This document shows, piece by piece, positions 47,299-57,243 of a stretch of 64,000 nt of DNA. Made by a program: the position numbers and the translations under genes. This DNA comes from Gemmatimonadales bacterium (GTDB taxonomy: Bacteria > Gemmatimonadota > Gemmatimonadetes > Gemmatimonadales > GWC2-71-9): assembly GCA_041577295.1 (NCBI GenBank), contig JBFGJG010000003.1, positions 145,069 to 209,068 of the forward strand, given 5' to 3'. A model generated the notes under the pieces. That model did not search any database. It was not told the origin of the DNA and saw nothing but the letters and a program-made list of their open reading frames with translations. How positions within the stretch are numbered: position 1 is the stretch's first letter; every line of letters begins with the position of its first letter.

Positions 47299-47975
47299 GG
47301 AGTTTCCCCAAATGCATACTGCGCCAGGACCGGTCCCAGGCGGTCCAGCGCATTGTTGATGATCTTGATGACCGCGCGCGAAGAAATCGTGGCACCGGTG
47401 ATCATGTCCACCTCGCCGGCGTCCGTTCCGGTAGCTCTCCCCGGCTTGACGCCCACCAGGGGCGGCTGTGCCCCGGCAAATTGCGCAACGAAGACCGAAT
47501 CTTTTTCGATCTTGTCACCGAGACCAGGCGTTTCTTTACTTTCGAGAACCTTCATCCCGAGAACACGGCGGGTCATCGGGTCATAACCGAAAATCAATCG
47601 CACTACGTCCTGAAAGCCGGGCGCACCGGCCACGATCGCGTACCCAAGAGGCTGCTCGTTGCGATCGTACCCAACGTAGATCTGCTCCGGGACTCGTGGG
47701 TCGATCCCCTCTGGCACGCGCGTCGTGAGGACACCTTCGGATAGATAGAGCGTGTCATAGCGGTGCGGCCCGTTCAACACTTCGTCGATGGCCATCTGCA
47801 GCACGAGCGCCTTGTGGGCCTCGATGGCTGGCTGCGTGCTTCGAAAGACGGTCACGATCAGCAGCCCTGCCAAGACCCCAGCCAAACCGAGTGTGCCGAC
47901 CAACCGCCACGACGGCTCGGGATGCCGGTCTCGAAGGGAAATCCTCGACCGATCGGTGCTCGTGGTGTCCGTCAT
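47295..47975 (-). CDS. rnfG: Rnf electron transport complex subunit G (FMN-binding)
   Basis: N-terminal TM; ETPGLG; covalent-FMN motif DMITGATISS. Confidence 0.92.
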   Translation of the reverse strand: MTDTTSTDRSRISLRDRHPEPSWRLVGTLGLAGVLAGLLIVTVFRSTQPAIEAHKALVLQMAIDEVLNGPHRYDTLYLSEGVLTTRVPEGIDPRVPEQIYVGYDRNEQPLGYAIVAGAPGFQDVVRLIFGYDPMTRRVLGMKVLESKETPGLGDKIEKDSVFVAQFAGAQPPLVGVKPGRATGTDAGEVDMITGATISSRAVIKIINNALDRLGPVLAQYAFGETP

Positions 47976-48976
47976 AACCCCGTCGCGCTGTGAGATGTCC
48001 CAAAGACCCGCGGGCGCGTGGCTCGGTTGATGAACGGCACGAGCGCATTCATTAAGAGGATTGCATACATCACGCCCTCCGCGAGACCGCCCCAGACCCG
48101 GATCACCACGACCAGAACGCCAATACCGATTCCGAACACCCAACACCCCACATTGGTGATGGGAGACGTGACGGGATCCGTCGCCATATACATGGCGCCA
48201 AGCACGAGACCACCGGAGAACACCATGAACAGGGGCGCGGCGTATTGCGCGGGATCGATGACGTGCAGTGCACCAGCGAGGAGGGCGACCGTGGCAAGGA
48301 TGCTTACGGGGATCCGCCAGTTCAGGTAGTTCCGAACGGCCAGGTAGGCGCCGCAGACGAGGATCACGAGTCCCGCCGTCTCACCGAGCGATCCGCTCGT
48401 CTGCCCGAGCATGAGCGGCCATGTGGCGGTCCCGGTCCCTTCGAACTTCATGAGTCCGAGCGGCGTGGCGCCGGTGATCGCGTCCGGAACCGATGCGCTC
48501 ATGAGCGGCAGCGCGAGGTTGTCACCACGTAATGCCCCCCACCCCACGTTGGTGGCCGGCCAAGTTGTCATCGCCACGGGGAACGCGGCTTGAAGAAAGG
48601 CACGGCCAAGCAGCGCCGGGTTGAAGACGTTTTGTCCCAGGCCACCGAAAATGAGCTTCCCAAACCCGATCGCAAAGGCGCCGCCGACGAACGCCATCCA
48701 CAGCGGGAGCCCCGGTGGAAGCGTGAGCCCGAGCAGGACACCGGTGATGGCACCCGAGCCGTCCCACAATGAGCGTCGTGGGCCAAACGCCTTTTCGACG
48801 AGCAGCGCTCCCGCTGTCGCCGCTGCGGTGACGAGCAGCGCGCTCGGCCCAAAGAAGTAGGTAGCGGCCACCACGACCGGGACGAGGGACACCGCCACCG
48901 ACCACATGATCTTCGGCGTCGAATCTTTGCTAGCAAGATGCGGCGAGGCGGTGATGAGGAGCTGCTGCGTCGTCAT
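47972..48976 (-). CDS. rnfD: Rnf electron transport complex subunit D
   Basis: ASPHL, FGGLGQNVFNPA, DAITGATPL (FMN Thr), GSLGET, MATDPVTSP. Confidence 0.95.
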   Translation of the reverse strand: MTTQQLLITASPHLASKDSTPKIMWSVAVSLVPVVVAATYFFGPSALLVTAAATAGALLVEKAFGPRRSLWDGSGAITGVLLGLTLPPGLPLWMAFVGGAFAIGFGKLIFGGLGQNVFNPALLGRAFLQAAFPVAMTTWPATNVGWGALRGDNLALPLMSASVPDAITGATPLGLMKFEGTGTATWPLMLGQTSGSLGETAGLVILVCGAYLAVRNYLNWRIPVSILATVALLAGALHVIDPAQYAAPLFMVFSGGLVLGAMYMATDPVTSPITNVGCWVFGIGIGVLVVVIRVWGGLAEGVMYAILLMNALVPFINRATRPRVFGTSHSATGL

Positions 48977-50301
48977 GCAGCCGTTCGCTGTTTCCGGACC
49001 GCGGCCTTGGCGAGAGCAAACAGCTGCGGCAGGGGAATGTTCGACGGACACACATACGAGCAGCAGCCGCAGAGCATGCAGTCCGCCAGATGTTCCTCCA
49101 TGAGCATTTCTTCGTAACGCTCCGCCCGCGCGAGACTCCCGAGTCGCTGGGGGTTCAGAAAGACCGGGCAGGCGTCGAGACAGTGCCCGCATCGAATGCA
49201 CGGCCAAGACTCCGTGGGCTTGCAGTCAGCACTCGTCAACACGACGACGCCCGTGGTGCCCTTGATCACCGGAGCGTCGAGGTTCGCCTGAGGTACGCCC
49301 ATCATCGGGCCTCCGAACACGATTTCTCGCGCATCGTCCGCAAGACCGTCGCAGGCGTCGAGCAGGTCGCGAATCTTCGTCCCGACTGGCACGAGGAGAT
49401 TCGAGGGACGACGCACGCCGTGTCCCGTCACCGTAACGATGCGTTCGATCAAAGGCAGACCCGTCTCGAACACCTCACCGATCGTCGCCACTGATGCCGC
49501 GTTTTGCACCACAACCCCAACGTGCAAGGGCAGCTTGCCCGTGGGCACGTCGCGTCCAAGCAGCGCCGTGATGAGCATCTTCTCCGCACCTTGCGGGTAT
49601 TTCACCGTGAGGGGACAGATCCGCACGTCGAGGTCGGACGGGAGGGTTGCCTGTAGGGCCTCGATGGCGTCGGGCTTGTTCTGCTCAACGCCGATGAGCG
49701 CGCGGTCAACACCGAGACACCGCATCATGATGCGAATGCCGAGGTGGACGCGTTCGGGGTACTCCGCCATACTCCGGTGATCAGTGGTAAGGTACGGCTC
49801 GCATTCGCAGCCGTTGATCACCAGCACGTCGATCTTCTGCTCCTTTGGCGGCGAGAGTTTGACGTGCGTAGGAAAGGCGGCCCCCCCGAGACCGACCACC
49901 CCGGCATTCCGAACTGCTTGCACGATCCCGTCGGGCGAGAGGTCTTCCCACCGCGGGATCATCCGAGGTCTGGGCGCCTGCGCTGAATACGGTTCGACGG
50001 CTATTCGCACCGCCGTCGCGTAGGTTCCGTCTGGATGCGGCCACAGTCCCACCTCGGTGACGCGTCCCGTTGCAGAAGCGTGCACGGGCGAGGAAACCCA
50101 ACCATCCGCCGCGCCAATCTTGTCTCCCCGCTCCACGTGGTCGCCCGGACGCACCAAACAGGTCGCTGGCTTACCAGCGTGCTGGCGCAGCGGGAGCACC
50201 ACCTCCTGCGGGAACGGCATGCGGCGGATGTGCACGTTCGCGGTGAGCTCCTTGAGCTCGGGCGGGTGCACACCGTGACGAAACGTCATTCGCTCCAACA
50301 T
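48973..50301 (-). CDS. rnfC: Rnf electron transport complex subunit C
   Basis: GVHP, QHAG, GVVGLGGAAFPTHVKL, NGCECEPYLT, YPQGAEK, GGPMMG; two CxxCxxCxxxCP motifs. Confidence 0.95.
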   Translation of the reverse strand: MLERMTFRHGVHPPELKELTANVHIRRMPFPQEVVLPLRQHAGKPATCLVRPGDHVERGDKIGAADGWVSSPVHASATGRVTEVGLWPHPDGTYATAVRIAVEPYSAQAPRPRMIPRWEDLSPDGIVQAVRNAGVVGLGGAAFPTHVKLSPPKEQKIDVLVINGCECEPYLTTDHRSMAEYPERVHLGIRIMMRCLGVDRALIGVEQNKPDAIEALQATLPSDLDVRICPLTVKYPQGAEKMLITALLGRDVPTGKLPLHVGVVVQNAASVATIGEVFETGLPLIERIVTVTGHGVRRPSNLLVPVGTKIRDLLDACDGLADDAREIVFGGPMMGVPQANLDAPVIKGTTGVVVLTSADCKPTESWPCIRCGHCLDACPVFLNPQRLGSLARAERYEEMLMEEHLADCMLCGCCSYVCPSNIPLPQLFALAKAAVRKQRTAA

Positions 50302-50307
50302 CACACC

Positions 50308-53300
50308 TCAGTTGAACGGATCCGCGCGCTTGATCCACTTCTCCAAGTCCTTCTCCTTCGGATTGAGCGGCGTCCCAGGATGAATGATCGCGACCGGGCA
50401 CTTCTCGGCGGCCAACACAAGCTCGCGGAACGTCCCGGCGCGGGCGTCCTTGATATAGGCCTGCTTCTTGTCGTTGTACGCGAACATCTTGTTGTTGAGG
50501 TTCGTGCACTCATCGCAGGTGGTACACAGAGCCGAGTCGATGTACGGCTCCATGACGAGCCTCTCTTCTTCTGCTGCCTCCCGCTCCTGTGGAACCTCGA
50601 CCGGCGCCACCGCCACCGCTGGCGATTCCGCCGGCACTGCGGGAGTTGGTGCCACCGGTGGCTCAGGGGAACCATTCGGTCCCGCCCGCATGGGTTCTAA
50701 GCCCGGCATGCTCTCCGCCCTCTCGAGCAGTTCCCCAACGGTCTGCGAGCCGTTGCCCGAAGCGCGCAGCAATCCCTCGGCGAGGCGGCGCGCTATCCGC
50801 CGCGGATAGTTCGCCTTGAGATCGGCGATCTGCGCCTCATGGATTCGTCGGAGTACCGCGAGCTTCTCCTCGAGCTCCGATTCGAGCGCTCCCTCCATCT
50901 GATCACGCACGGTGGGCGGAATCTCCACCGCTGCCATCTGCTGGAGCTGCGACCAGAAGTGCAGCCGCTCTTCAGCCAACGCCACGATTTCCGCCGAGGC
51001 GGCAATTCGACGCAGCCGCCTATCAGCGTCGATCGAGTAGATGAACGGTGTCTGGTCCACACGATCACCGAGCGGACGATCGAGGTACTCGTGGAACGGG
51101 ACGAGCGTATCATCATCCGCTTCGGGATCGAGCATCCTGAAATGCCGCTTGAACCGGCCCTCCGTCGCAGCCCAGTCGGCGATCGTGACGGGCAGCGCCA
51201 TGACCTGCTCGTTGCCAGCATCGTCGACGTACTTGAGCTCGTACGTTGGCCATCGCTCGTTGACGGACGGATTGCCGTCCAGCGACAGCCGCTCGGGCAT
51301 GGTCGGTCCCGCGTCGGGATCGTACAGGAGCAGCGGGAACGCCCGGCTTTCGAGTGAGAGACGCGCCGCGTTCGCCGCAGCGGCGTCACCAATACCGTGC
51401 TCCGGCGGGCACGGGCAATGCAACGCAAACACCGCGGGCCGACGCGACTGAAGGCCACGCAGCACTCCGCCGAGGAGGTGAGACGGAGCGGCCTGAGACG
51501 ATTGCAGCACGTAGGCGTTGCGGTGCGCGATCGCGACCAGCGACAACTCCTTCCGCACCTCCTCCTTGCCGTGCTGTCGTCCACCATACGCCGCCATATC
51601 GGAGACCTGCCCCAGGAAGCCGCTGGTGCAGGCTTGCCCACCGGTGTTGGAGTAGACCTGTGTGTCGAGGACCACGACGCGAATCGGTTTTCCCGAGGCC
51701 AAGAGGCGCGACAGGTTTTGGAATCCGATGTCCAGCATCGCCCCGTCGCCTCCGACGGCGAAAATCGGCGGGCACAGTTGGAACTCGTCGTCGGTAAACT
51801 GTCTCCAGTCAAAGCGGCTGAAGGACGGTTCGTGGACCTCCGGATCGTACGTTCCGGCAAGCTCGAGCTCGGCCCGGCGGATTGCGATGAAGCCATCTGC
51901 CATCTTGCGCATGTGGCCCTCGAAGATGCCGATGGCCAGCGACGGAGAATCCTGGAACAGGTGGTTGACCCAAGGAAACGGGTACGGGTTGTACGGATAC
52001 GTGCTGCCCCAGACGGAAGAGCACCCCGTGGCGTTCGTGATGCCGAGCGTCGACCGACCCTTTCCACTCGGCCCTTGGGTGTAGCGCCACCGCAGGTCGC
52101 GCAGGTCGCGGATCATGGTGGTAAGCCGTGCTACGGTCGCGCGCTTCGTGGGCTCCAAGGACAGCCCCACGTCATCGGAGGCGTCTTTCAGCAGCGCCTC
52201 TAAATCGGCGTCCGAGGCCAGCAGCGCTCGCGCTTTGTCATCGAGCTGCTGGATCAGGCCGTCCAGTCGCGCCACGTGTCGCTCGACCCGCGGAAGCATC
52301 AAGGCGTTTACCGCGGAAAAGACCAGGTGAATGGCCGTTTTCTCACCACACCCCATGCACGCACCGTCCCCACCCCACATCGAGCGATAGTTCGCCTTTC
52401 GCAACAGCAACGATGGCAAGACGCCGATGCCCTCTTCGAGGCTGGCGATGTTGACATAGCGCGGATGCGTTTCGGGCAAATGCTCCCAAAGTTCCCAGTT
52501 TCGGCGGAGCTTCTCGACCATCAGCTCGTCTTGCTTGACTGTGACGAGCGCACCTTCAGGACACACATCCACGCAGAGATTGCATCCCTTACATGCATCG
52601 GGACTGATGGTGATCGCGAGCAGTCCGCCACTGTCTTTCTCCTTGCGTTCCGGCAGATCGAAGAACGGCGCGGTCTTCGCCAGCGGTGCATCGGCGAGCG
52701 CCGAGAAGACCATTCCGAACTCGGCGTCGAGGGCCGCGCGGCGCTCGGGATCGAGGCTCAGTTTCTGCACCACGTTGCCGTACGCCTGCGTCGCCACATT
52801 GGCAAACGTGGTGAAGCCAACCCCTCGGATGATGCGGCGGATTTCTCTCGAGAGGTGTGGAACGATCTGCCGCACGCGGCTCAGCGTGTGACCGTTGGAC
52901 ACCGAGGCGATGGCCGCGGTGAAGACATCCTCGATTTCGGTCACGATCGCTGGAATGGCAGCGTCCGGGCACTGCACCCAGCACTGTGAACACCCCGTAC
53001 ACTTATCAGCAACGAACTCCGGGACTTCGAACCGCACGTCGGTCATATCTCGGATCGTGCTGGTGGCAGCTGGGATGGCGCTGATACCGGCAAAGGGATC
53101 GGCAATGCCGTCCTGCCCCGTGCGGTAGAGATGACAGACCTGTTCCCAGAATCGGCCCGGGTTGCCGATGCCTGGTACCACTTCTGTCCCGTCGAGGATT
53201 GCCGGCATCATGGGATTGGCACCGGCCATCTCCTCGGATTCGGGGTACGCTGCTGTGTCCAGTTCCCGAATCTCGTGAAATCCCCGGCGGATGACTCGGA

Positions 53301-55359
53301 GATTGTCCTCGACGACGCGATCGCCCGCGTGGCCGAACTTCTTGACCAGCTGGGCCCGAATGCCGTCAAATAGGGTCTCCTCCGTCAGTTCACCCTTCTT
53401 TGGGAGGGGTGCCACCCGGAAAAAGGCACCCATGAACGCCGCTCCCTGCATCCGATACCGCAGCTCGGCGTCTGATGCTTCGTCACTCGCGATCTTGAAC
53501 GCATCAAGGAAGTACACCCGAATCTTCCCGCTGCGGATCCGGCGCTGCGCGGCGGGGGGCAACGACTTCCATACCGCTTCCGGCTCTTGATCGCTCTGAA
53601 TGATGAACACCCCACCGTCGGCAAGACCCGCCAGCGGATCGGAGTGCCGGAACACGTTGGGATCCGGCGACAAGACCACTTCCACATGCCGGAGCTCACA
53701 GTTGATGCGTACGGGCTCGGGGCTCAGCGTCGCAAAGAACGTGGTCGGCTGACCTTTTTTCTCGGAGCCGTATTTGGGATTCGCCTTGATGTACAACCCC
53801 AGCAGATCCGCAGCCGTCATCGCCACGTTTTTCCCCATCGTGATGGCCCCCCATCCACCCACCGAGTGGATGCGAAGCGAAACTGACCCTCGAGGCATGA
53901 GATTCACGTCGCCAACTGACGGAAGCGCCAACTCAGCGAGATTGGGATAGCTGTCGAGCAGCTTTTCCTGCCACAGCTGGAGCTTCGGAAGACGCGTCTC
54001 CGGTCGCACGAAGTCGATCCCGAGATAGTATTGCCGTCGCCGCTCGCCGGCCGCCGCCGCCATGTTCTCCACCGCCGCCATCAGATGTCCCGGCTGCAAG
54101 TCGCGGCTTCCGAGACCAAAGCACCCGCTGAAGAAGTCCGGTACGTCCGACGCCTGGTACGCCACCAGTTCTGGATACGGTGCGGCTCCACGTGCCCGCC
54201 CGTTCTCGAGCGCTTTGCCGACCGCCGCACGGATCTCGCGCAGCAACGGCGGATCCACCGCCAGCGGCTGGTCGAGACGCTCGAGCACGGTCACACCCTT
54301 CTTGCCTCTTAACAGGCCCGTGATGAGATCGGCGGGAAACGGCCGGAACATCGTCACGTTCAGCACGCCGACCTTGAGCTTGCGCGTGTCCCGTAGGTAA
54401 TCGACCACTGCTTCAGCATTGGTAACGACCGATCCCTGGCCCACGAGCGCGAACTCGGCATCGTCGAGCCGGTAACCGGTGGCACGCGCGTAGTGCCGTC
54501 CCGTGAGCGCCGCAAACTCCGCCAACGCCTGATCCGTGAGCTCACCGAGATGATCGAAGTAAAAGGGACGCTGCGCTCCGACGCCCTGGGCATAGCTGTC
54601 CTGGTTTTGGACGACACCGAGCATCGCCGGATAGTCGAGATCGAACATCTCCGGAATCCGGCGCCGCTTCTCGCCAAAGACCAGCCGCTGGGCGGGCGTT
54701 GGTGACTCGATGATGTCACCGGGGCTCCCCAGGTATTCTTTCACCAGCTCACGCTCGGGAAGCCGCACGGACTCGATCACGTGACTCGTCAGAAATCCGT
54801 CCTGCGCGCAGATGCCGGGATTGAGCGCGAGTTCCGCAATCCGATGGGCCACGAGGTTCAGATCGGCCGCTTCCTGGGCGTCCTTCGCGAATAGCTGAAA
54901 GAATCCGGTATCATCGACCGCGTGATAGTCGTCATGACCGGCGTGCACGTTGAGCGCGTGCTTCGTCATCGCCCGACACGCCACATTGAGCACGTACGTG
55001 AGGCGCTTGCCGACCGCTGCGTACAGCGACTCGTGCATGTAGGCGATCCCTTGACCGCTCGAGAAGTTGGTCGCACGCAATCCGACCATGCTCATCCCGG
55101 CGGTAACGGCCGCCGCCGCATGCTCCCCTTCGGGTTCGAAGAAGATCAGCTGACGTCCGTGCACGTTGGGCGAGCCCGCAGCGGCGGCAACCGCCCACCC
55201 TTCGCCCATCTGTGTGGACGGTGTGATGGGATAGGCGCCCGCGGCCTCGCCCGCGGCGGTCTCCATCTCCACGACAGCTGTGCTACCGTCCACCGCGGTC
55301 GGAATACCTGGATAGCGCGGGGCGTCCGATCCTGCGTGTTGCTTGGTTCGAAACCTCAT
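50308..55359 (-). CDS. Large single-chain pyruvate/2-oxoacid:ferredoxin oxidoreductase (PFOR/NifJ-like) with extra C-terminal ferredoxin domain
   Basis: AYPITPS, YGSEKKG, CTGCSQCWVQCP and CKGCNLCVDVCP, GACMGCGE, ATGCSSVWG, ThDP motif GDGAMLDIG, YSNTGGQ; terminal CTTCDEC...CP; 1683 aa. Confidence 0.92.
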   Translation of the reverse strand: MRFRTKQHAGSDAPRYPGIPTAVDGSTAVVEMETAAGEAAGAYPITPSTQMGEGWAVAAAAGSPNVHGRQLIFFEPEGEHAAAAVTAGMSMVGLRATNFSSGQGIAYMHESLYAAVGKRLTYVLNVACRAMTKHALNVHAGHDDYHAVDDTGFFQLFAKDAQEAADLNLVAHRIAELALNPGICAQDGFLTSHVIESVRLPERELVKEYLGSPGDIIESPTPAQRLVFGEKRRRIPEMFDLDYPAMLGVVQNQDSYAQGVGAQRPFYFDHLGELTDQALAEFAALTGRHYARATGYRLDDAEFALVGQGSVVTNAEAVVDYLRDTRKLKVGVLNVTMFRPFPADLITGLLRGKKGVTVLERLDQPLAVDPPLLREIRAAVGKALENGRARGAAPYPELVAYQASDVPDFFSGCFGLGSRDLQPGHLMAAVENMAAAAGERRRQYYLGIDFVRPETRLPKLQLWQEKLLDSYPNLAELALPSVGDVNLMPRGSVSLRIHSVGGWGAITMGKNVAMTAADLLGLYIKANPKYGSEKKGQPTTFFATLSPEPVRINCELRHVEVVLSPDPNVFRHSDPLAGLADGGVFIIQSDQEPEAVWKSLPPAAQRRIRSGKIRVYFLDAFKIASDEASDAELRYRMQGAAFMGAFFRVAPLPKKGELTEETLFDGIRAQLVKKFGHAGDRVVEDNLRVIRRGFHEIRELDTAAYPESEEMAGANPMMPAILDGTEVVPGIGNPGRFWEQVCHLYRTGQDGIADPFAGISAIPAATSTIRDMTDVRFEVPEFVADKCTGCSQCWVQCPDAAIPAIVTEIEDVFTAAIASVSNGHTLSRVRQIVPHLSREIRRIIRGVGFTTFANVATQAYGNVVQKLSLDPERRAALDAEFGMVFSALADAPLAKTAPFFDLPERKEKDSGGLLAITISPDACKGCNLCVDVCPEGALVTVKQDELMVEKLRRNWELWEHLPETHPRYVNIASLEEGIGVLPSLLLRKANYRSMWGGDGACMGCGEKTAIHLVFSAVNALMLPRVERHVARLDGLIQQLDDKARALLASDADLEALLKDASDDVGLSLEPTKRATVARLTTMIRDLRDLRWRYTQGPSGKGRSTLGITNATGCSSVWGSTYPYNPYPFPWVNHLFQDSPSLAIGIFEGHMRKMADGFIAIRRAELELAGTYDPEVHEPSFSRFDWRQFTDDEFQLCPPIFAVGGDGAMLDIGFQNLSRLLASGKPIRVVVLDTQVYSNTGGQACTSGFLGQVSDMAAYGGRQHGKEEVRKELSLVAIAHRNAYVLQSSQAAPSHLLGGVLRGLQSRRPAVFALHCPCPPEHGIGDAAAANAARLSLESRAFPLLLYDPDAGPTMPERLSLDGNPSVNERWPTYELKYVDDAGNEQVMALPVTIADWAATEGRFKRHFRMLDPEADDDTLVPFHEYLDRPLGDRVDQTPFIYSIDADRRLRRIAASAEIVALAEERLHFWSQLQQMAAVEIPPTVRDQMEGALESELEEKLAVLRRIHEAQIADLKANYPRRIARRLAEGLLRASGNGSQTVGELLERAESMPGLEPMRAGPNGSPEPPVAPTPAVPAESPAVAVAPVEVPQEREAAEEERLVMEPYIDSALCTTCDECTNLNNKMFAYNDKKQAYIKDARAGTFRELVLAAEKCPVAIIHPGTPLNPKEKDLEKWIKRADPFN

Positions 55360-56207
55360 GCCGCACGACTCCCTGCCGAGTTAGGCCGCTTGGCAAACTG
55401 TGCGTCCTCAACCCAGACGATGGCCCCCGTTGGACAGCGAGCGATAACGTCGGGGGTCGCTAGTTCGTGTTTGCTATAGTCAACCACCGCTAATCCATCT
55501 TTGATCGTAATGAGACCTGGTGGCGCATCCTGAACGCATTTGCCACAGGCGGTACACGCTACCTGACACAAACCCTCGATCTCGTCGCCCGCGAGCAGGC
55601 TGCGGCACTGGACGAGCAACTTGTGTTCGACGGGCATCAGCGTGAACAAATCTTTGGGACAGGCGTCGACGCAATCGCCGCAAGCCGTACAGCGATCCGG
55701 AATCACGACCGGCAGGCCGTCGTGATTCATGACGATCGCATCGAAGTCGCACACCACCTCGCAGTCGCCAAAGCCCAAACACCCCCACGGACACCCTTTT
55801 CCGCCAGCGGCGACCGCGGCAGCCGCCTTGCACGTTTCGAGTCCGTGATACTCGGCACGTTGCGGTGCAACGTCACATCCTCCGGCGCACAAGAGGCGCG
55901 CGACGCGCCGCTGCGCTTCGCCGGCTTCGATGCCGAGAAAGTCGGCTACGACCTCCCTGTCCCCCTGGCTCATCACGGTGCACCCTGCGGGGCGGATGGT
56001 GCCCGCCACCAACCCCTCGGCAAACGCACGGCAGCCGGCGAGTCCGCACGCCCCGCAGTTGCTGCCAGGGAGAAGCTCAGTAACAGCATCGATCCGTGGA
56101 TCCTCCCACACCCAGAGCCGGCGGTGGGCCGCGGCAATCAGCGCCCCAAACGTGAGGCCGACACCACCGAGGATCAGGACCGACGTGAGAATTGACGAGC
56201 CGTCCAT
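55356..56207 (-). CDS. rnfB: Rnf electron transport complex subunit B
   Basis: N-terminal TM; LPGSNCGACGLAGC; GCLGFGDCEVVC; CTACGDCVDACP; start ATG 56207. Confidence 0.93.
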   Translation of the reverse strand: MDGSSILTSVLILGGVGLTFGALIAAAHRRLWVWEDPRIDAVTELLPGSNCGACGLAGCRAFAEGLVAGTIRPAGCTVMSQGDREVVADFLGIEAGEAQRRVARLLCAGGCDVAPQRAEYHGLETCKAAAAVAAGGKGCPWGCLGFGDCEVVCDFDAIVMNHDGLPVVIPDRCTACGDCVDACPKDLFTLMPVEHKLLVQCRSLLAGDEIEGLCQVACTACGKCVQDAPPGLITIKDGLAVVDYSKHELATPDVIARCPTGAIVWVEDAQFAKRPNSAGSRAA

Positions 56208-56214
56208 ACCCGCC

Positions 56215-57243
56215 TCACTCCACGTTCGAGAGATCGACCTGGCTGAGCAGCCATGCCGCCAGCTTATCCGCTGGGTCCACGGGCTCGTCCCTGGCAGCCG
56301 TCGTGTCGGGCGTGTCGGGGGCGGGCGTGGCAGACGGGGTCTCCACCACGGGACGCCACACGAGCGCGCGCAGCTGACGAAGCTCCTCCACCTGTTGCCC
56401 GACCGTCGTCGGGCCAACGGATTTGCGGGGTTCCTCCGATGGCATGTGGGTCACCGACAGCCGATTCCACAGTTCCGCACCGGCCACAGGATCGTGGTGA
56501 AATCGCGCAGCGCCCTCGGGCATGAACGCGACGATGCCGGCCCCATTCCACCCGAGCAGCTTTGCCACATCATCCGGATCGGTGGACTGCATGACGAACG
56601 TCTGCGGTGTGATGAGCCGGACAAGCGGGGCTGGTGCCGCCTGGCCACGCACGATGAGGATCAACTTCACGGCCCCATCCAGAAACTCCGCCAGCTCCGT
56701 TGCGCGAAGATCGTGGCCATCCACGAGCACTGTCAGCGGCGGGACCAATTGCCGTTCGGCACGGGTCCACCGGTCAAAGGGGTAGCTCCCCAGCGAGCGG
56801 GCATGATCGCCGTACCGAAAACGACCCGTGCGGACGCGATTGACGATGTGCACTGCACCGAACACCCGCCCGATCTCTGCCAACGCATGCGAGACTCCCC
56901 TTCCCAACCCGTGGGACTTCGCAGCGTCGATAAAAAAGAGGTCGTCCTCACGCGAAACCATGACAGTGAGCGTGTTCAGAGCCTTTTCAACCGTCTCCCT
57001 CGTCATACGGTCGAGCGCCTCGGGCTCCGCCACCAAAGAGGCGAACGCCGCGACGTCGAGTCGCTCCACTCCAAAGGGGCCAAGCTCATGCGAGACGCGC
57101 TGCAGGTGACCGTTGCTCGTTCGGGCGGATGCAACTAGATAATCGCGGACGTCGCTGATCGTGGCGTCGACCATTGTACGAAACACCGCGAAGTGCGGAG
57201 CCAACGCCTCGAGAACCTGGGCAAGCCGTTGATCAGACGGCAT
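56215..57243 (-). CDS. Hypothetical protein; degenerate paralog of the ThDP-domain region of the neighbouring PFOR
   Basis: Gapless similarity to the PFOR C-terminal third (see findings), but no GDG motif and no cysteines. Confidence 0.75.
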   Translation of the reverse strand: MPSDQRLAQVLEALAPHFAVFRTMVDATISDVRDYLVASARTSNGHLQRVSHELGPFGVERLDVAAFASLVAEPEALDRMTRETVEKALNTLTVMVSREDDLFFIDAAKSHGLGRGVSHALAEIGRVFGAVHIVNRVRTGRFRYGDHARSLGSYPFDRWTRAERQLVPPLTVLVDGHDLRATELAEFLDGAVKLILIVRGQAAPAPLVRLITPQTFVMQSTDPDDVAKLLGWNGAGIVAFMPEGAARFHHDPVAGAELWNRLSVTHMPSEEPRKSVGPTTVGQQVEELRQLRALVWRPVVETPSATPAPDTPDTTAARDEPVDPADKLAAWLLSQVDLSNVE

